From NCBI GenBank assembly GCA_041191145.1, contig JBEEPK010000002.1:3539-67538 (forward strand): a DNA stretch of 64,000 nt, in the 5' to 3' direction. The notes under the pieces were generated by a model that had not been told where the DNA came from, made no database searches, and saw nothing but the letters and a program-made list of their open reading frames with translations. The position numbers were made by a program, and so were the translations under genes. How positions within the stretch are numbered: position 1 is the first letter of the stretch; each line of letters opens with the position of its first letter. Of this stretch, positions 1-10,618 are shown one piece after another. The DNA comes from Bacteroidota bacterium. GTDB lineage: Bacteria > Bacteroidota > Ignavibacteria > Kapaibacteriales > UBA961.

Positions 1-1190
1 CAAAAACTCTAAGTGAACCCTTGAGTGAAGTGACATCGGTATTTGCATCACCGAGAGCAGTATTACCATTGACAGCAAGATTTCCGGATGCAGTTACATT
101 GGTAGTATTTACAGATGAAGACCAAGAAAGTACACCTGATCCATTTGTTGTTAGCATATTGCCACTTGACCCGTCTGCTGAAGGCAATGTATATGTAACA
201 TTTACTGCCATTGCATCAGCAGCTTTAAATGCTGAATAATTTGATCCATTTGCTGCAAGTTCATACCATCTAATCTCACCGGTATTACCCGCACCTGTTC
301 CCGTTGGCTGCAAGCTCAATGCACCATTGGCAGACAGGGTTGTAAATGCACCGGTATTAGGAGTTGTTGAGCCAATTGTACCGGGAGCTGACCAATCGGG
401 TGTTGGAGTAGACCATGAAAGTGTTCCAGATCCATTGGTAGTGAGTACTTTTCCATTTGAACCGGCATCAGTTGGAAGAATAAAGTTCAAATCTGCAATT
501 TGTGCTGTGCCATCCCCACCTTTAATATCTGTATAATTTGAAGCATCAGAATCATATACTCTGAGAGTACCATTAAGTGAAGTGATATCGCTACTCGAAT
601 TACCAAGTATAGTATTCCCACCAACGGTTAAATCTCCAGTTGCTGAAACATTGCTACCACTTACTGAAGGTGACCAAACCAATTGGCCTGAACCATTTGT
701 TGTTAGCATATTACCATTTGAACCATCCGCACTAGGCAATGTATACACTACATTAGCTGCCATTGCATCAGCAGCCTTAAATGCTGAATAATTTGTTCCA
801 TTCGCTGCAAGTTCAAACCATCTTACTTCGCCTGTATTTCCTGCATTTGTACCGGTTGGAAGTACATTGAAATTGCCATTTGCAGATAATGTTGTAAAAG
901 CACCAGTGCTTGGAGAACTAGATCCAATATCACTAGATACATTCCGCCAAACCAATTCCCCGGAATTATCATAAACAAGTGCTTCACCGGCAAGTGGTGG
1001 ATTTCTTGGTAAAATATAGTGTATGCTGGACGATTGATTTAAAGGTGCACGGAAGGTTGTAAGATGACCTGAATTGGATTGAAAATAAATTCTACCATTG
1101 TTAGTCCCAGCCCAATTCTGTGCCTTCTGTGAATGCAGAAAGTTCACCACCCCCAAAAAGCCTAAACAAAATATGAGAAAAAATCTCATT
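1..1190 (-). CDS. Secreted cell-surface repeat protein, 3'-truncated by the window edge (N-terminus at 1190). It has a signal peptide MRFFLIFCLGFLGVVNFLHS and ~187-aa tandem repeats carrying a 'YTLPSADGSNGNMLTTNGSG(Q/V)L(V/S)WS' motif (tail-fibre/adhesin-like).
   Basis: By manual reverse-complement translation, the minus frame reads open from the ATG at 1190 to the window start. The track's + strand ORFs 21-239, 327-536 and 582-791 are antisense shadows that repeat with a ~560-bp period. The N-terminus is hydrophobic. The gene is missing from the ORF track because it has no in-window stop. Confidence 0.6.
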
Positions 1191-1453
1191 ATACCAACCT
1201 CGTGTAATGTAATAAATTTTATGCGTTTACATGAAATTACTGAAAAGCCACTTGTTAACCAAGTTGTTAAAGATAGTGTTACTATTACACTGTGAAAAAC
1301 AAATGTACATGGTGAAAACAAATGATGTCATTTATGTACATATCTCAAATATCCTATATTTGAGCATTGCCGGGGCATTGATGATTGAGCATCAAGGGAA
1401 TTATGCTGATATTATCTTCGCCGGATATGAGTCAAAGAAAGAGAGATAATTAC

Positions 1454-2770
1454 ATGAAACAATCGCATTTCGGGCCTATTGCCGCAATGTCCATAGTCAT
1501 TGCAAATATGATAGGCACAGGAGTATTTACAAGTCTGGGCTATCAATTACTGACCATTCAAGATTTTGCTGCAATTATTGCATTATGGGTGATTGGTGGC
1601 TTACTTTCTCTTTGTGGTGCTTTTGTCTATGCCGAGCTTGGTGCTTTATTCCCTCATTCAGGTGGTGAATATCGGTATTTATCAGATGTTTTTCATCCAA
1701 GCATAGGATTTCTCTCAGGTTGGACAAGTTCCACGATTGGCTTCACTGCGCCTCTTGCCATGAGTGCTATTGCTGTGGGGAATTATGTTGTGGCTTCCAT
1801 TGGTATGGGACATCCCATGATAATCGGACTCATCACGCTTCTCACTTTGACTGCCATCCATACCATGAGTCATAAGGCCAGCGGTGCTTTTCAGTCATTC
1901 TCAACTGGTGCCAAAGTATTATTTGTTACTTTACTCATCATCCTTGGTTTTTCTCATGCAGACTGGAATTTCGAGCATTTTACGCCAACCATTTCCACTG
2001 CTCAACAAATGACTTCACCTTCATTCGCTGTTTCTCTCATCTATGTGATCTTTGCCTATTCCGGCTGGAATGCATCTGCATATGTTGCTTCAGAGTTGAA
2101 AAATCCGGAAAGAGATGTTCCTCTTTCAATTATACTCGGAACGGTATTCGTGACCATTGTTTATGTACTCATCAATATGATGTTTCTCATGGTTGCTCCG
2201 ATTAATGAGCTAATGGTGAATCCTGAAACCATGATGCCAAAAGAATTGGTTGTTATTGCCGGCTCACATTTTCTGCCTCCAATATTTGCAACCATTTCCG
2301 GACTCATCATTGCTTTTATGTTGATTTCTTCCATGAGTGCGATGGTTGTTGCAGGACCAAGAGTTCTACGCTCGATGGTGAGCGAATATCTGCCAAGTCA
2401 ACAAGGGAAAGATATATCAACCATTCCAGTGAAAAGCATTTGGATACAAACTGGCATTGCGGTTCTGATGATCTTGACTAGCACTTATGACACTTTGATT
2501 ACATTCACGACTTTTCTGATCACGCTTTTTTCTTCGCTTACTGCACTCGCAGCTATCTATGCAAGATTCAGCATGAGAAAAGCATATAGACCCTATCGCA
2601 TGTTTGCTTATCCGGCAACTCCTGTCCTTTTCTTACTCATAAATCTGTGGATCATGCAAAAGACCATTCAGGATAAACCCACTGACATATATTATGTTGC
2701 CGGAATACTCATTACCGGTATTATTGCTTATATCATGTTTTCCACGAAAAAATCTCAGGTGAATGCATGA
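1454..2770 (+). CDS. APC-family amino acid permease
   Basis: Twelve-TM-like hydrophobic profile. N-terminal 'IANMIGTGVFTSLGY' motif typical of amino acid/polyamine/organocation transporters. The internal ATG at 1454 is preferred over the track start at 1385. Confidence 0.8.
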   Translation: MKQSHFGPIAAMSIVIANMIGTGVFTSLGYQLLTIQDFAAIIALWVIGGLLSLCGAFVYAELGALFPHSGGEYRYLSDVFHPSIGFLSGWTSSTIGFTAPLAMSAIAVGNYVVASIGMGHPMIIGLITLLTLTAIHTMSHKASGAFQSFSTGAKVLFVTLLIILGFSHADWNFEHFTPTISTAQQMTSPSFAVSLIYVIFAYSGWNASAYVASELKNPERDVPLSIILGTVFVTIVYVLINMMFLMVAPINELMVNPETMMPKELVVIAGSHFLPPIFATISGLIIAFMLISSMSAMVVAGPRVLRSMVSEYLPSQQGKDISTIPVKSIWIQTGIAVLMILTSTYDTLITFTTFLITLFSSLTALAAIYARFSMRKAYRPYRMFAYPATPVLFLLINLWIMQKTIQDKPTDIYYVAGILITGIIAYIMFSTKKSQVNA

Positions 2771-4287
2771 AGTTCATAGTGATGATTCTATTATTGATCA
2801 TGGGATGTACTGAAGAAAAAAAGGTAATTACGAAGGTATCAAAGAAGAGAGTCGAAAAAGAGACAAGTGGATTCTTGACATTGCAAAGACAGCCATCAGC
2901 AGACATGGTTGAGTTTAAAGTGTATCTATTAGATTCTATTCATCCTCCATTCAATGTTGATACAATATCATCGTATGATAGATTTCCCGGAATCGCTACC
3001 TTTCGTGGTGGACCATTTCGTGATATGCCATTGACCGGACTCTTGGATTCCATGCCAACCTCATTACACATCGATTGGGTGTTCAAAACAAATGGCGGTA
3101 AATTCGGCGAAGGTGTAAATGGCAAGGGTCGCGGTTGGGGTGGTGGTGCCGGATGGACGGGGCAGCCATGTCTTAAAGTCGATACAATCAAAAAGGCAAT
3201 TACACTGTATCAAGGATCACTTGCGGGTAAAGTTTTTCGTTTGGATTATGCCACAGGAATGGAAACAGATAGTGCCCTTGACATACATAATCCGATCAAA
3301 GGTTCTGTGGCATTAGACCCTGAATTGTCAGATATGCTCTATATAGGACAGGGCATACGATATCAATCGGAATCCGGAGCAAGAGCATTCAATCTCATGA
3401 GTGGAAAACAAGTCGCATTTCAAACTGCATATGATAGACATGCCAAAAGAAGCTGGGGATTTTTTGATAGTTCTCCCATAGCTTGGGGACCCTATCTGAT
3501 ATGGCCTGCTGAAAATGGCATCCTCTATAAATTTCTCAGAACAGCAGATGGGTTTAAGCCACATTCGAAATTTGTGTATTCCGTGAAAGGGAATTCGCAT
3601 CTTGGCTTGGAGGCAAGCATCGCAATCTATGGTAGATATGGAATCTTTGCAGATAATGGTGGAAGCATCATTTGCATTGATCTTGAAACACTCACACCAA
3701 TGTGGTATAGTGCGAATGGTGATGACACCGATGCCACTCCTGTGATTGCAATTGAAAATGGAAAGCCATTTGTATATACAGGATCAGAGGTTGATAAGCA
3801 AGGGAAGCAGGGGATGTCTGTTTTTCGTAAACTTTCAGTCTTGACTGGAGAAGAAATATGGCGATATGAACAAGCTTGTCATTCAATCAGCATTGGCAAA
3901 CATATCCTGAATGGTGGGATGCTTGGTACGCCATTATTGGGTAGAGACAATTGTTCATCAATGATTTTTACATCTTTTGTTCAACATAGACCAGGGAATT
4001 CAGGTGTACTCACTGCTTTCGACAGAGTATCAGGTGCAGTGAAATGGCAAACTGAATTGTCAGCATATTCTTGGTCTTCACCAATTGGCTATATGGTGAA
4101 AGGTGGAGGATTCATTATTCTCATGGGTGATGTCATTGGAAATATCTATGTGATACATGGAACAACGGGTGAAATACTTATCAAACAAAGAGTGGGTTCA
4201 AATTTTGAAGCATCTCCAATACCTTGGAGAAATACGGCTGTGATTACTTCGAGAGGAACAAATATGTATAGGATTTCATTGCGATGA
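2767..4287 (+). CDS. Lipoprotein with PQQ-like/BamB-like beta-propeller repeats, function unknown
   Basis: Lipobox 'LLIMGC'. Repeated G/W-rich blade-like segments. Start overlaps the permease stop by 4 bp (ATGA). Confidence 0.45.
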   Translation: MKFIVMILLLIMGCTEEKKVITKVSKKRVEKETSGFLTLQRQPSADMVEFKVYLLDSIHPPFNVDTISSYDRFPGIATFRGGPFRDMPLTGLLDSMPTSLHIDWVFKTNGGKFGEGVNGKGRGWGGGAGWTGQPCLKVDTIKKAITLYQGSLAGKVFRLDYATGMETDSALDIHNPIKGSVALDPELSDMLYIGQGIRYQSESGARAFNLMSGKQVAFQTAYDRHAKRSWGFFDSSPIAWGPYLIWPAENGILYKFLRTADGFKPHSKFVYSVKGNSHLGLEASIAIYGRYGIFADNGGSIICIDLETLTPMWYSANGDDTDATPVIAIENGKPFVYTGSEVDKQGKQGMSVFRKLSVLTGEEIWRYEQACHSISIGKHILNGGMLGTPLLGRDNCSSMIFTSFVQHRPGNSGVLTAFDRVSGAVKWQTELSAYSWSSPIGYMVKGGGFIILMGDVIGNIYVIHGTTGEILIKQRVGSNFEASPIPWRNTAVITSRGTNMYRISLR

Positions 4288-5072
4288 AAAGTGTTATTAC
4301 TGTAATATCAATAGTATTCTTCTTCCATCTTAGTGTTGAAGGTGGAATCAGTTATCATAAAAAGGGAAGTGGTTATCCATTTATTTTAAGCAAACCAAAA
4401 GGCTATGTGAAAGGACAACCCATGCCATTGATTGTGTTTTTACATGGGAAAAGTCTGAGTGGTGATTCACTTGAAAAATTAAAAGCCTATGGCACCATCT
4501 CCGCAATCACAAAAGGGAAGCATATTCCCGCGCTTGTTGTTGCACCACAAACTCCGGAAGGCGAGGGTTGGGTGCCTGCAAAAATCATGAGACTTATCAA
4601 TCATATCAAGAGAATTGCATCGGTTGATACCAATAGGATTTATGTCACGGGTATGAGCATGGGAGGATATGGAACATTTCGATTCGTTGCCGCCTATCCG
4701 CATATCGTGGCTGCTGCCGCACCAATGGCGGGTGGTGGAGATCTTCATGGAGCGAAGAATCTGAGTACTGTTCCGCTATGGGTTTTACATGGGAAGAAAG
4801 ATGTGGATGTGCCATTTGTTCAATCATCAAAAATGGTTGCCGCCATCGCAAAATGTGATAGTACGAAATGTATCTTCACGCCTTTCCCAAAACTTGGACA
4901 TGCAGAGTTCACCCAAATGTTTGAAAAAGATGAACTCTATGAATGGTTATTGGCACACAAAAGAGAACAAGGAATATCTTCTTTGAAAATGCCAGTTCCT
5001 CGCATTCCGACATTGCGATATAGTCCTGTGAAGAAAAAGAAGGACACTGTCAATAGTGCTTTACCTCGATGA
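4284..5072 (+). CDS. Secreted alpha/beta-hydrolase esterase (phospholipase/carboxylesterase or PHB-depolymerase-like)
   Basis: Signal peptide. 'PLIVFLHGKSLSGD' oxyanion region and 'GMSMGGYG' nucleophile elbow (GxSxG). Overlaps the upstream gene by 4 bp. Confidence 0.7.
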   Translation: MKSVITVISIVFFFHLSVEGGISYHKKGSGYPFILSKPKGYVKGQPMPLIVFLHGKSLSGDSLEKLKAYGTISAITKGKHIPALVVAPQTPEGEGWVPAKIMRLINHIKRIASVDTNRIYVTGMSMGGYGTFRFVAAYPHIVAAAAPMAGGGDLHGAKNLSTVPLWVLHGKKDVDVPFVQSSKMVAAIAKCDSTKCIFTPFPKLGHAEFTQMFEKDELYEWLLAHKREQGISSLKMPVPRIPTLRYSPVKKKKDTVNSALPR

Positions 5073-6293
5073 TTTCCTCACAGCTTTATAGATATTCTGT
5101 GCATCTCCTCTGCGCAAGAGATAACCGGACATAAAGGGAAGTGGTCTTTTCTTGAATTCAGGATTTGCATATGCACTGTCCAATGCAGGACTATATCGTT
5201 TGGCAAATAGATTGATAGGTCTTGCATATCTGCCATAGAGTACGAAATCCCAAGAATTCTGATCATACATTTCAAATGGAATTCCCGTATCATCTTGGAA
5301 TACTGTTTGAGCATTATTATGGATGAAATTGCGAATCTCTGAAAATCCTGCATTATGCATTAGATAACTCGCACTTTTGACATATGTATTAAAACCTTTC
5401 ATTGATGTAAGGTAATTTCGAAGGGGAGTATTATTCATAAATCCAATTTTGCCTGCATAAGCACCATTCCCAAGATTGGCATAAATATATGTCAGTCTCT
5501 GAATATATGTCGAACCATTCTTTGTGAAGTAAATATCATTCACTTCTTGAACGGGTATCTTGGAAGTATCACGCGGATTTGAGTCAATCGATCCATTTGC
5601 ATGCAAATATCTTTTTCCATGCCCAATGAGCGTATGATCGGTATGCACAAGAAATAATCCAATGAGTGGCAAAGCACCATCCACTTTTTCGGCAGTGATA
5701 TATTTGCGCATTTTATCTGTTATGAAATAACTGTAATTGGTCACTTCATTGATGGTAATCTGCACTGATTGCAAATAGTCAGGAATGCCTGTTGTATCGC
5801 GTGATGAGAATTTCTTGAATGATCCCGGTGGCTCAAAAGCAATGAAAACATATTGCTTGTAATTTGGGAAAAGCGTCACTGCATGCAATGCATCGGGTCC
5901 ACTGAAAGGATAGAACAATGTGCCATCACCAATTTTATCTGAAGCAAGCTCTGCCTGTGAAAATCCCGACATTGCATTGAGTCTCTTTGACTTCACCCGC
6001 TTGAACAATTCAATCAATCTTTTGGAATGTGATTGATAAAACGGATTCTGAGACATTCCACGCAGTCTATTGCTTGACAATGGAAGACCTGCAATGAATC
6101 GGGAAGATTCATCAATGGTAGTATCCAAACCCCGTGGTAACTCAGATATAGGTTGTTGATATTTTTCTTTTTTGATCGAATCTGATTTCTGTACTGTCTC
6201 TGCATGTAATTCTGATTGCTGTTCCTGTGATCTTTGATTCGTCTCACAACCCCAGAATGAAATACTCGCAATTATTAGTAATAAAACAGTCAT
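5061..6293 (-). CDS. Hypothetical lipoprotein
   Basis: Long ORF. The internal start gives the signal/lipobox 'MTVLLLIIASISFWGC'. No recognisable catalytic motif. Confidence 0.45.
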   Translation of the reverse strand: MTVLLLIIASISFWGCETNQRSQEQQSELHAETVQKSDSIKKEKYQQPISELPRGLDTTIDESSRFIAGLPLSSNRLRGMSQNPFYQSHSKRLIELFKRVKSKRLNAMSGFSQAELASDKIGDGTLFYPFSGPDALHAVTLFPNYKQYVFIAFEPPGSFKKFSSRDTTGIPDYLQSVQITINEVTNYSYFITDKMRKYITAEKVDGALPLIGLFLVHTDHTLIGHGKRYLHANGSIDSNPRDTSKIPVQEVNDIYFTKNGSTYIQRLTYIYANLGNGAYAGKIGFMNNTPLRNYLTSMKGFNTYVKSASYLMHNAGFSEIRNFIHNNAQTVFQDDTGIPFEMYDQNSWDFVLYGRYARPINLFAKRYSPALDSAYANPEFKKRPLPFMSGYLLRRGDAQNIYKAVRKSSR

Positions 6294-6420
6294 AATCCTA
6301 CCGAAAAAGTGAATGACAAATTGGCCCTTTGGGCAATAACTATTTCTATCAAGAATCAGACCAAACAATCGAGATGAAATTGTTGAATATGATGATGAAA
6401 AATCTACTGCTTAACCCTAT

Positions 6421-6804
6421 TTATGGCATTTTACGATAAAAAACAGATCTTCTCTGTGTAGTATTCATGAGGAGTCTTGTTGTATCGGAAATATTTTTAC
6501 AAATGACTGTAAAGGTTTCGGCTGTACCAAAAATGGTTCTTTGATAATTCATTGATTCAATGGATTTCAATGCTTTTGACCTACCAATCTTTCTAAGCTC
6601 TTTGGGTTCATAGAGGAAAGGCAGCATTTCTTCATATCGAGAATTTTTATGGAGAATCTGCAAATAGCCAAGAATATCCGTTGCATAAAAACATAATGGA
6701 CTCTTGAAGAGACATGAAGCATCCTTCGCAGTGAAGCGTACTGGATTCATCGTGCAGATTATGCCGGCTAATAGCATGGTAGATAATTTCTGAAATCGCT
6801 TCAT
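6421..6804 (-). CDS. Hypothetical protein (weak call)
   Basis: ORF directly downstream of the M28 peptidase gene. The track's longer form overlaps the M28 start, so it is trimmed here to the internal Met 'MKRFQKL'. Confidence 0.25.
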   Translation of the reverse strand: MKRFQKLSTMLLAGIICTMNPVRFTAKDASCLFKSPLCFYATDILGYLQILHKNSRYEEMLPFLYEPKELRKIGRSKALKSIESMNYQRTIFGTAETFTVICKNISDTTRLLMNTTQRRSVFYRKMP

Positions 6805-6836
6805 TGTATCAATGATGTATATATGTGAGAATTGAA

Positions 6837-8225
6837 TCACTTCCTCGGAATGCGTTTTGGCATATCTGCGGCAACATATGTTAAAATAGCCATTGATGCA
6901 GTACATAAAGCCAATTCTCTTGGATCAATTTTGTCGACCATATCTGCTTGGGTATGATGATAGTTAAAATATTTTGAATCATCAACGATGAGTCCCATGC
7001 CGGGAACTCCTTGCTCCATGATTGGTCCAATATCTGCACCACCGCCACCTTCTTCGCATGAAGATGCATCTATTTTTCCGAGAAGTGAGCATAATTCTCT
7101 GGCCATTTCTAGACCTTTAGCGCTTCCTCCAAAATCATAACCTCTGGGTTTGAATGTTCCGGCATCACTTTCAACTGCAAGTACATGATTGGGAATTTCT
7201 TTTGCATGAAGTTTCGCATAGGTCTTTCCACCCATCAAGCCATTTTCTTCATTTGTCCAAAGACATACACGCATAGTGCGTTTTGGACGCAATCCCAATT
7301 GCTTTATCACTCGAAGGGCCTCCCAAGCTACGATACATCCGCCGCCATCATCCATTGCACCTTGTCCAACATCCCAGGAATCAATATGTCCGCCAAACAC
7401 AACAATCTCTTCTGGTTTTTCTGAACCACGAATCTCTGCAATGACATTGCGTGAATTGGCATCCGGCAAGAATTTTCCTTCAAGTTTCAAAGTTATGGTT
7501 GGTTTTAAACCTAGGCCGCATTGTCTTGACAACATTTCAGCATCTTCAAGGGAAATTGCTGCATGCGGTATCTTTTTGACATCATCAGCATATTTCATTC
7601 CACCTGTATGTGGTGTATACATGGAGGCAGGTCCGACAGAGCGTACCAAACTCGCGATTGCTCCATGTTTTGCAGCTTCAGATGCTCCATTAACGCGATA
7701 GCGAACTGTTTCGCCATATTTCGTGAAGGGCACATTGAATAAAACAATCTTACCTTTTACCTGTTTGGCGCGTTTTGTTAATTCATCAAAACTCTTAACT
7801 GTGATCACTTCCCCGGTAACTCCTGAAGCTTCGGTTGCAATGGTTCCACCCAAACCAAGTACTGACATGTTTTTTTGATATGGAGAATTGAGTGTAAGTG
7901 ATTCATTACCTCGAACCCAATGGGGTACTTTCACAGGTTCAGTATAGACAGTATCAAATCCATCTTTTTTCATGGTTGCAACAATCCAGTCAATTGCTTG
8001 TTCAAGATTCTTGCTTCCGCTCAGTCGTGGACCATATGTGTCACACATGATGGAAAGTCTCTGATGGGCATTGCTATCTTGTAATGCACGAACAATAATC
8101 TTTGAAGTGATGTCTGAATATTGATCCCTTAAGGTAGATTCTTCAGTTGTTTTGGTAAAAAAACCAAATGATGTTCCAATAATTGCAAGTAATGCAATGA
8201 TTGATATCTGTACTGTTTTTTTCAT
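6837..8225 (-). CDS. M28-family aminopeptidase with PA domain, secreted
   Basis: Signal peptide. 'GGHIDSWDVGQGAMDDGGG' and 'WTNEENGLMG' zinc-ligand motifs of the M28 family. Confidence 0.8.
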   Translation of the reverse strand: MKKTVQISIIALLAIIGTSFGFFTKTTEESTLRDQYSDITSKIIVRALQDSNAHQRLSIMCDTYGPRLSGSKNLEQAIDWIVATMKKDGFDTVYTEPVKVPHWVRGNESLTLNSPYQKNMSVLGLGGTIATEASGVTGEVITVKSFDELTKRAKQVKGKIVLFNVPFTKYGETVRYRVNGASEAAKHGAIASLVRSVGPASMYTPHTGGMKYADDVKKIPHAAISLEDAEMLSRQCGLGLKPTITLKLEGKFLPDANSRNVIAEIRGSEKPEEIVVFGGHIDSWDVGQGAMDDGGGCIVAWEALRVIKQLGLRPKRTMRVCLWTNEENGLMGGKTYAKLHAKEIPNHVLAVESDAGTFKPRGYDFGGSAKGLEMARELCSLLGKIDASSCEEGGGGADIGPIMEQGVPGMGLIVDDSKYFNYHHTQADMVDKIDPRELALCTASMAILTYVAADMPKRIPRK

Positions 8226-8237
8226 TTCGCACCTATT

Positions 8238-9425
8238 TTATGAGATGATTTGTTTCAAACTATGAAAAATATCCATGGGAGAAATATCGCGAATGCAAGT
8301 GAATGCCTTATCTGTGCCTTCAAATTGACATGATGCGGGTTTTGGAGAAAAATAGAAGCATGGACTGCATGATACATCTCTTCTCGCAACAACTGCTTTG
8401 GGATTATTCCAAGGTGCTGTATGCACATGACTTGTATAACCAAAAATTGCGATCATTGGTAACTGTAATGCCGCCGCACAATGCATGAGACCTGAATCAT
8501 TGGAAATGAATGCTTTGCAATGATTCATAATTGCCAAACTTTTGGTGAGAGTCGGAGCTTGAACAATCTCTATTCTTGCTGTTGGATGACTATTCCGAAT
8601 CATTCGGTAAATATTTTCATTCAAAGCTTGTTCTTCAGGTCCACCAAAGAGTAGAATATTCATTCCTAAAACTGAGCTTGCCTTGGCACATAATTGGGCA
8701 TAATGTTCGGGGTTCCATCGCTTATTGATTTGATTCTTAACGATTGCTGATCCGGCATGAATTCCAAGCAGGGAAGAGTCTTTATTAAAATCATGTTTTG
8801 CAAGCCATTCCACAGCATAGTCTTGATCTTCTTTTGTTATGTGAAGTGACATCGGAGGGAGTATTTCAGGAATGCTAGCACCAAGTGTTGATGCAATGCG
8901 AATATTCTCTTCACAATTATGTAATTCATTCTTTTCATCAAGAAGAATATTGTTTAATGTATTGAGTTGAGAAATTGAATTATGAAGATATCGATGACCA
9001 ATTCTATGCTTTGAACCAATCAGGCGAGCTACGATTGCATAGTGGAATCTATTTGCCGGAAATCCGGTGATAGTATGCGAATATCTTCCGCGCAATGAAA
9101 ACAAAAATGTTAGCGTTTTGAATGGAGATTCTTTGAGAAAATTCCAAAAGAGTACTTTGGAGATATTGGGATTCGTGGAAAAGATATCTGCAATACCCTT
9201 GAACATTGTGAGAATTTCTATCTCATTATCTGGGAATGATTTTTTTAGGATTTTCAATGCAGGTGTGAACATCAAGGCATCACCAATGCCGGATAAAGCA
9301 AGAATGAGTATTCGATTTCCCGGTTTGATTTGTGATCTGATATTCTCTTTCAAAAGTGATGTATCATTTATGCTCACATGCAGTGAATTGCTTGAGAGAA
9401 TAGTGAAATCTGTGATTGTCTGCAT
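8238..9425 (-). CDS. Glycosyltransferase family 9 (ADP-heptose:LPS heptosyltransferase-like)
   Basis: N-terminal 'ILILALSGIGDALMFTPALKILKK' and C-terminal 'SNDSGLMHCAAAL' motifs of GT9. Confidence 0.75.
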   Translation of the reverse strand: MQTITDFTILSSNSLHVSINDTSLLKENIRSQIKPGNRILILALSGIGDALMFTPALKILKKSFPDNEIEILTMFKGIADIFSTNPNISKVLFWNFLKESPFKTLTFLFSLRGRYSHTITGFPANRFHYAIVARLIGSKHRIGHRYLHNSISQLNTLNNILLDEKNELHNCEENIRIASTLGASIPEILPPMSLHITKEDQDYAVEWLAKHDFNKDSSLLGIHAGSAIVKNQINKRWNPEHYAQLCAKASSVLGMNILLFGGPEEQALNENIYRMIRNSHPTARIEIVQAPTLTKSLAIMNHCKAFISNDSGLMHCAAALQLPMIAIFGYTSHVHTAPWNNPKAVVARRDVSCSPCFYFSPKPASCQFEGTDKAFTCIRDISPMDIFHSLKQIIS

Positions 9426-9430
9426 TGGAT

Positions 9431-10618
9431 TTATCCCAAATACATCATGTGTTGCTGAGGTGCAAGGCCAGATACAATTGGTTTTCCATCTTGCATGAAA
9501 ACCATGTCTATTTCTGTTCTCATGCCAACTTTACCGGGAATATAAATGCCAGGTTCAATCGAACATGATGTCATTGGCAAAACGATTCTTGTGTCTTTGG
9601 TTTCATAATTATCCATATTCGCCCCCGGACCATGCGTTTCTGTCGTAATGCTATGTCCTGTTCTATGCACAAAATATTGACCAAAATCTTTGTCAACTAT
9701 CACGGCTCTTACGGCATCATCTATTTCACAACCCATTACTGATGTATGTTCATTGAATCGCTGTTCAAACAGTGCAATGCCTGCATTTCTTGCTTGAATG
9801 ATTGTATTGAAGATGAGGGATTCTTCTTCATTCATTGATGTTCCTGTATGACACATCCATGTGATGTCTGAATAAGTGCCATTGCCATGCACAGGGCAAG
9901 CCCACATGTCTATGAGGACTATTGTGTCATATCCGAATTGTGATGATTGTTTGGAAATTGGCGCATAATGCGGACTGGCGGCATTGATGCCTTTTGCGAT
10001 GATTGGTTCGCTATAGGTCATAAGTCCGCAATCGGCAAAGCGTTTCATCACGAATTGTTGTATGGCATATTCATCTGCTTGACCCGAAATTCGAATTGAT
10101 CTACGAATCTCTTCAAATGTCTCTTGCATGATTGCGCCGAGTGTGGGAGCAGTGAATTCAAGATTCTCCTGCAATTGTTCTTCTGTCCATACTGCTGCAA
10201 TCATCTGTAGAAGATCTGCCGAGCTATGAATGTCTGCATGCATGCTTCGTAATAGTTCAACTGTACCGGCATCAACTTTTGATGCAGTCGGAATGGCATT
10301 CATGGGAGAATATTCAATTGCAATCTTTGGATATCGATCAATGAAAGATTGTAAACCTTGATGCCAACCTTCATGTCCGGCATAGATGGCATGTTTTGCG
10401 GTGAGATGTGCGAGAGTGAAGTCCTCAATTGCATGTACCAATGTTTGCATTTCTCCAATTGCAGGAATCAATACTGCCCAGCGTCTTGTGCAATGCATAT
10501 TTTGTGGCATTTCGATTATTTCATGAGCAATCGCATTGCTTCCCCGAAAATCAAGAAGCAACCAGGCATCTAATCCCAGTTTTTGCAAAGCTTCCTGTAT
10601 TTTTTCAAGGGATTTCAT
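9431..10618 (-). CDS. M24-family metallopeptidase (Xaa-Pro aminopeptidase/creatinase-like)
   Basis: Pita-bread fold motifs, e.g. 'HRTGHSITTETHGPGANMDNYET' and 'EPGIYIPGKVGMRTE'. Confidence 0.7.
   Translation of the reverse strand: MKSLEKIQEALQKLGLDAWLLLDFRGSNAIAHEIIEMPQNMHCTRRWAVLIPAIGEMQTLVHAIEDFTLAHLTAKHAIYAGHEGWHQGLQSFIDRYPKIAIEYSPMNAIPTASKVDAGTVELLRSMHADIHSSADLLQMIAAVWTEEQLQENLEFTAPTLGAIMQETFEEIRRSIRISGQADEYAIQQFVMKRFADCGLMTYSEPIIAKGINAASPHYAPISKQSSQFGYDTIVLIDMWACPVHGNGTYSDITWMCHTGTSMNEEESLIFNTIIQARNAGIALFEQRFNEHTSVMGCEIDDAVRAVIVDKDFGQYFVHRTGHSITTETHGPGANMDNYETKDTRIVLPMTSCSIEPGIYIPGKVGMRTEIDMVFMQDGKPIVSGLAPQQHMMYLG

Noticed and set aside
21-791. Three ~70-aa + strand ORFs with similar sequences
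   Set aside because: Antisense shadows of the minus-strand repeat-protein gene, which is open from 1190 to the window edge.
6805-6906. Longer N-terminal extension of the 6421-6906 ORF
   Set aside because: Would overlap the M28 peptidase start by 70 bp. Trimmed to the internal Met, and the gene itself remains low confidence.
7185-7701. + strand ORFs of 79 and 141 aa
   Set aside because: Lie antisense within the M28 peptidase gene.
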